In this document: positions 63,089 through 64,000 of the stretch, piece after piece
How positions within the stretch are numbered: the stretch's first letter is position 1
How the letters are laid out: each line of letters starts with the position of its first letter
Origin: an uncultured Eubacteriales bacterium
GTDB taxonomy: Bacteria; Bacillota; Clostridia; Oscillospirales; CAG-272
DNA length: 64,000 nucleotides
Assembly: GCA_934467435.1 (NCBI GenBank)
Contig: CAKSLR010000001.1
Location: 67 to 64,066 of the forward strand
Reading direction: 5' to 3'
Notes under the pieces: model-generated
Told to the model about the DNA's origin: nothing
Seen by the model: the letters and a program-made list of their open reading frames with translations, nothing else
The model's database searches: none
Program-made: the position numbers and the translations under genes

Positions 63089-64000
63089 CGCTTTTTCTTC
63101 ACACCACCGCAGACGGACTGCAAATGGGGCTTTGCTTTGCCGTTCTCGCGCTCGGCGTTTATCTTTCCTACGCCATTCTCGATTTTCCCGATCTGACGGT
63201 TGACGGTAGTTTTCCGCTCGGCGGGGTGGTTGGCAGCGTGCTGCTTCTGCGGGCAGGGTTGCACCCGGCGGCGGTGCTCCCCTTTGCGTTCCTTGCGGGG
63301 GCGACGGCAGGCGCCGTCACGGGGCTGCTGCATGTGCGGGGGCGCATCTCCCCGCTGCTCTCCGGCATCATTACCATGACGGGGCTGCTTTCGGTCAATC
63401 TGGCGCTGACCGCCCTGCTCTCGGATACCGGCACGCCCACCACGATCTTTTCTTACCGCGGTGCCGGCATTGCCGGCATCTTTCACCTGCCGCCGCTCTC
63501 GCTCGTACCGGCGGCGTACCGGGATGCGGCGGTGTTCGGCCTTCTCTTGCTTTCGGTTCTTCTTTGTAAGGGACTGCTTGACGCATTTCTTGCCACGCGC
63601 CTCGGGTTCCTTCTGCGGGCGGCGGGGGAAAACGAACAGGTCGTACGGGCGCTCGGGCGGGATCCGGGGCATATGAAAATTCTCGGGCTCTCGCTTGCCA
63701 ACGGGCTTTCGGCGCTCTCGGGGGCGCTTTACGCCCAACTTTCCATGCAGTACGATAACAACGTGGGCAGCGGCAAGGTGGTGCTCGGTCTTGCCTCGGT
63801 CATCATCGGCTGTGCCCTGCTCGGCAGGATGGGGCGGCTGCGCGGCACCACGGCGGTTATCTTCGGTGCGGCGGTTTATTCACTCTGCCTGAATTACCTG
63901 GTTCTGATTGACAAAAACGGCATTTACCTCAAACTGCTGAACGCCCTGCTCTTTACGCTGATTCTGCTGACGGGCGACCGACTGCGCGCCCGCCGCGCGG
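63085..64000 (+). CDS. ABC transporter permease (COG4120-type), truncated by the right edge of the window
   Basis: Not in the ORF track because there is no stop in the window. The ATG at 63085 overlaps the SBP stop (ATGA). MTLFLHTTADGLQMGLCFAVLALGVYLSYAILDFPDLTVDGSFPLGG..., multi-pass hydrophobic. Confidence 0.75.
   Translation, partial: MTLFLHTTADGLQMGLCFAVLALGVYLSYAILDFPDLTVDGSFPLGGVVGSVLLLRAGLHPAAVLPFAFLAGATAGAVTGLLHVRGRISPLLSGIITMTGLLSVNLALTALLSDTGTPTTIFSYRGAGIAGIFHLPPLSLVPAAYRDAAVFGLLLLSVLLCKGLLDAFLATRLGFLLRAAGENEQVVRALGRDPGHMKILGLSLANGLSALSGALYAQLSMQYDNNVGSGKVVLGLASVIIGCALLGRMGRLRGTTAVIFGAAVYSLCLNYLVLIDKNGIYLKLLNALLFTLILLTGDRLRARRA

Overview
This is a densely coding, high-GC chromosomal segment. 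Hand counts of single 60-nt lines give about 60-73% G+C in most genes. It looks Gram-positive and Clostridia-like, based on AddB, PlsX, a T-box leader and sigma-A type TTGACA-17-TATAAT promoters. I cannot name a species. I support about 57 CDS, 2 tRNAs (Pro-CGG, Val-GAC), one T-box riboswitch, and many promoters and intrinsic terminators. I found no rRNA, CRISPR array, transposase, integrase or prophage genes.

Layout:
(1) 1-12.5 kb: an mntP fragment, tRNA-Pro, a nucleoside hydrolase and a TetR gene. These are followed by an 11-gene plus-strand operon with overlapping start/stop codons: DUF308-like membrane protein, acpS, ACP, fused KS + Cys-less KS, fabG, fabZ, fabD, accD, accA, an iron-sulfur flavoprotein, and plsX.
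(2) 12.6-19.6 kb: a low-GC CBM9-like surface protein, an XPD/DinG-type Fe-S helicase, tRNA-Val, a DMT transporter and small membrane/lipoproteins.
(3) 19.8-30.9 kb: a minus-strand DNA-repair gene string (DUF2752, radC, metallophosphoesterase, uvrB, uvrA, pseudo-receiver wHTH regulator, addB), preceded by a tandemly duplicated promoter/leader module.
(4) 31-36 kb: a P-type cation ATPase, alr and lipoproteins.
(5) 36-50 kb: an accessory-looking block of large secreted proteins and lipoproteins, two unannotated paralogous about-48-aa acidic ORFs, malQ, a P-loop kinase, a LysR regulator and an orphan solute-binding protein.
(6) 50-64 kb: housekeeping genes (esterase, rsmG, U32 peptidase, hpt, pfkA, cinA, pyrR, HAD, MATE) and a T-box(Trp)-controlled COG2984-type ABC transporter.

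The best candidate for something undescribed is the FAS-II-like operon at 3.1-12.2 kb. It has a single-chain KS/CLF-like condensing enzyme, its own AcpS and ACP, no FabH and no recognisable enoyl-ACP reductase. An Isf-type flavoprotein is translationally coupled between accA and plsX.

Secondary candidates are the duplicated leader module upstream of the uvr/radC operon and the pair of small acidic ORFs flanking a low-GC secreted protein.

All functional calls come from reading motifs by eye. No database search was run.
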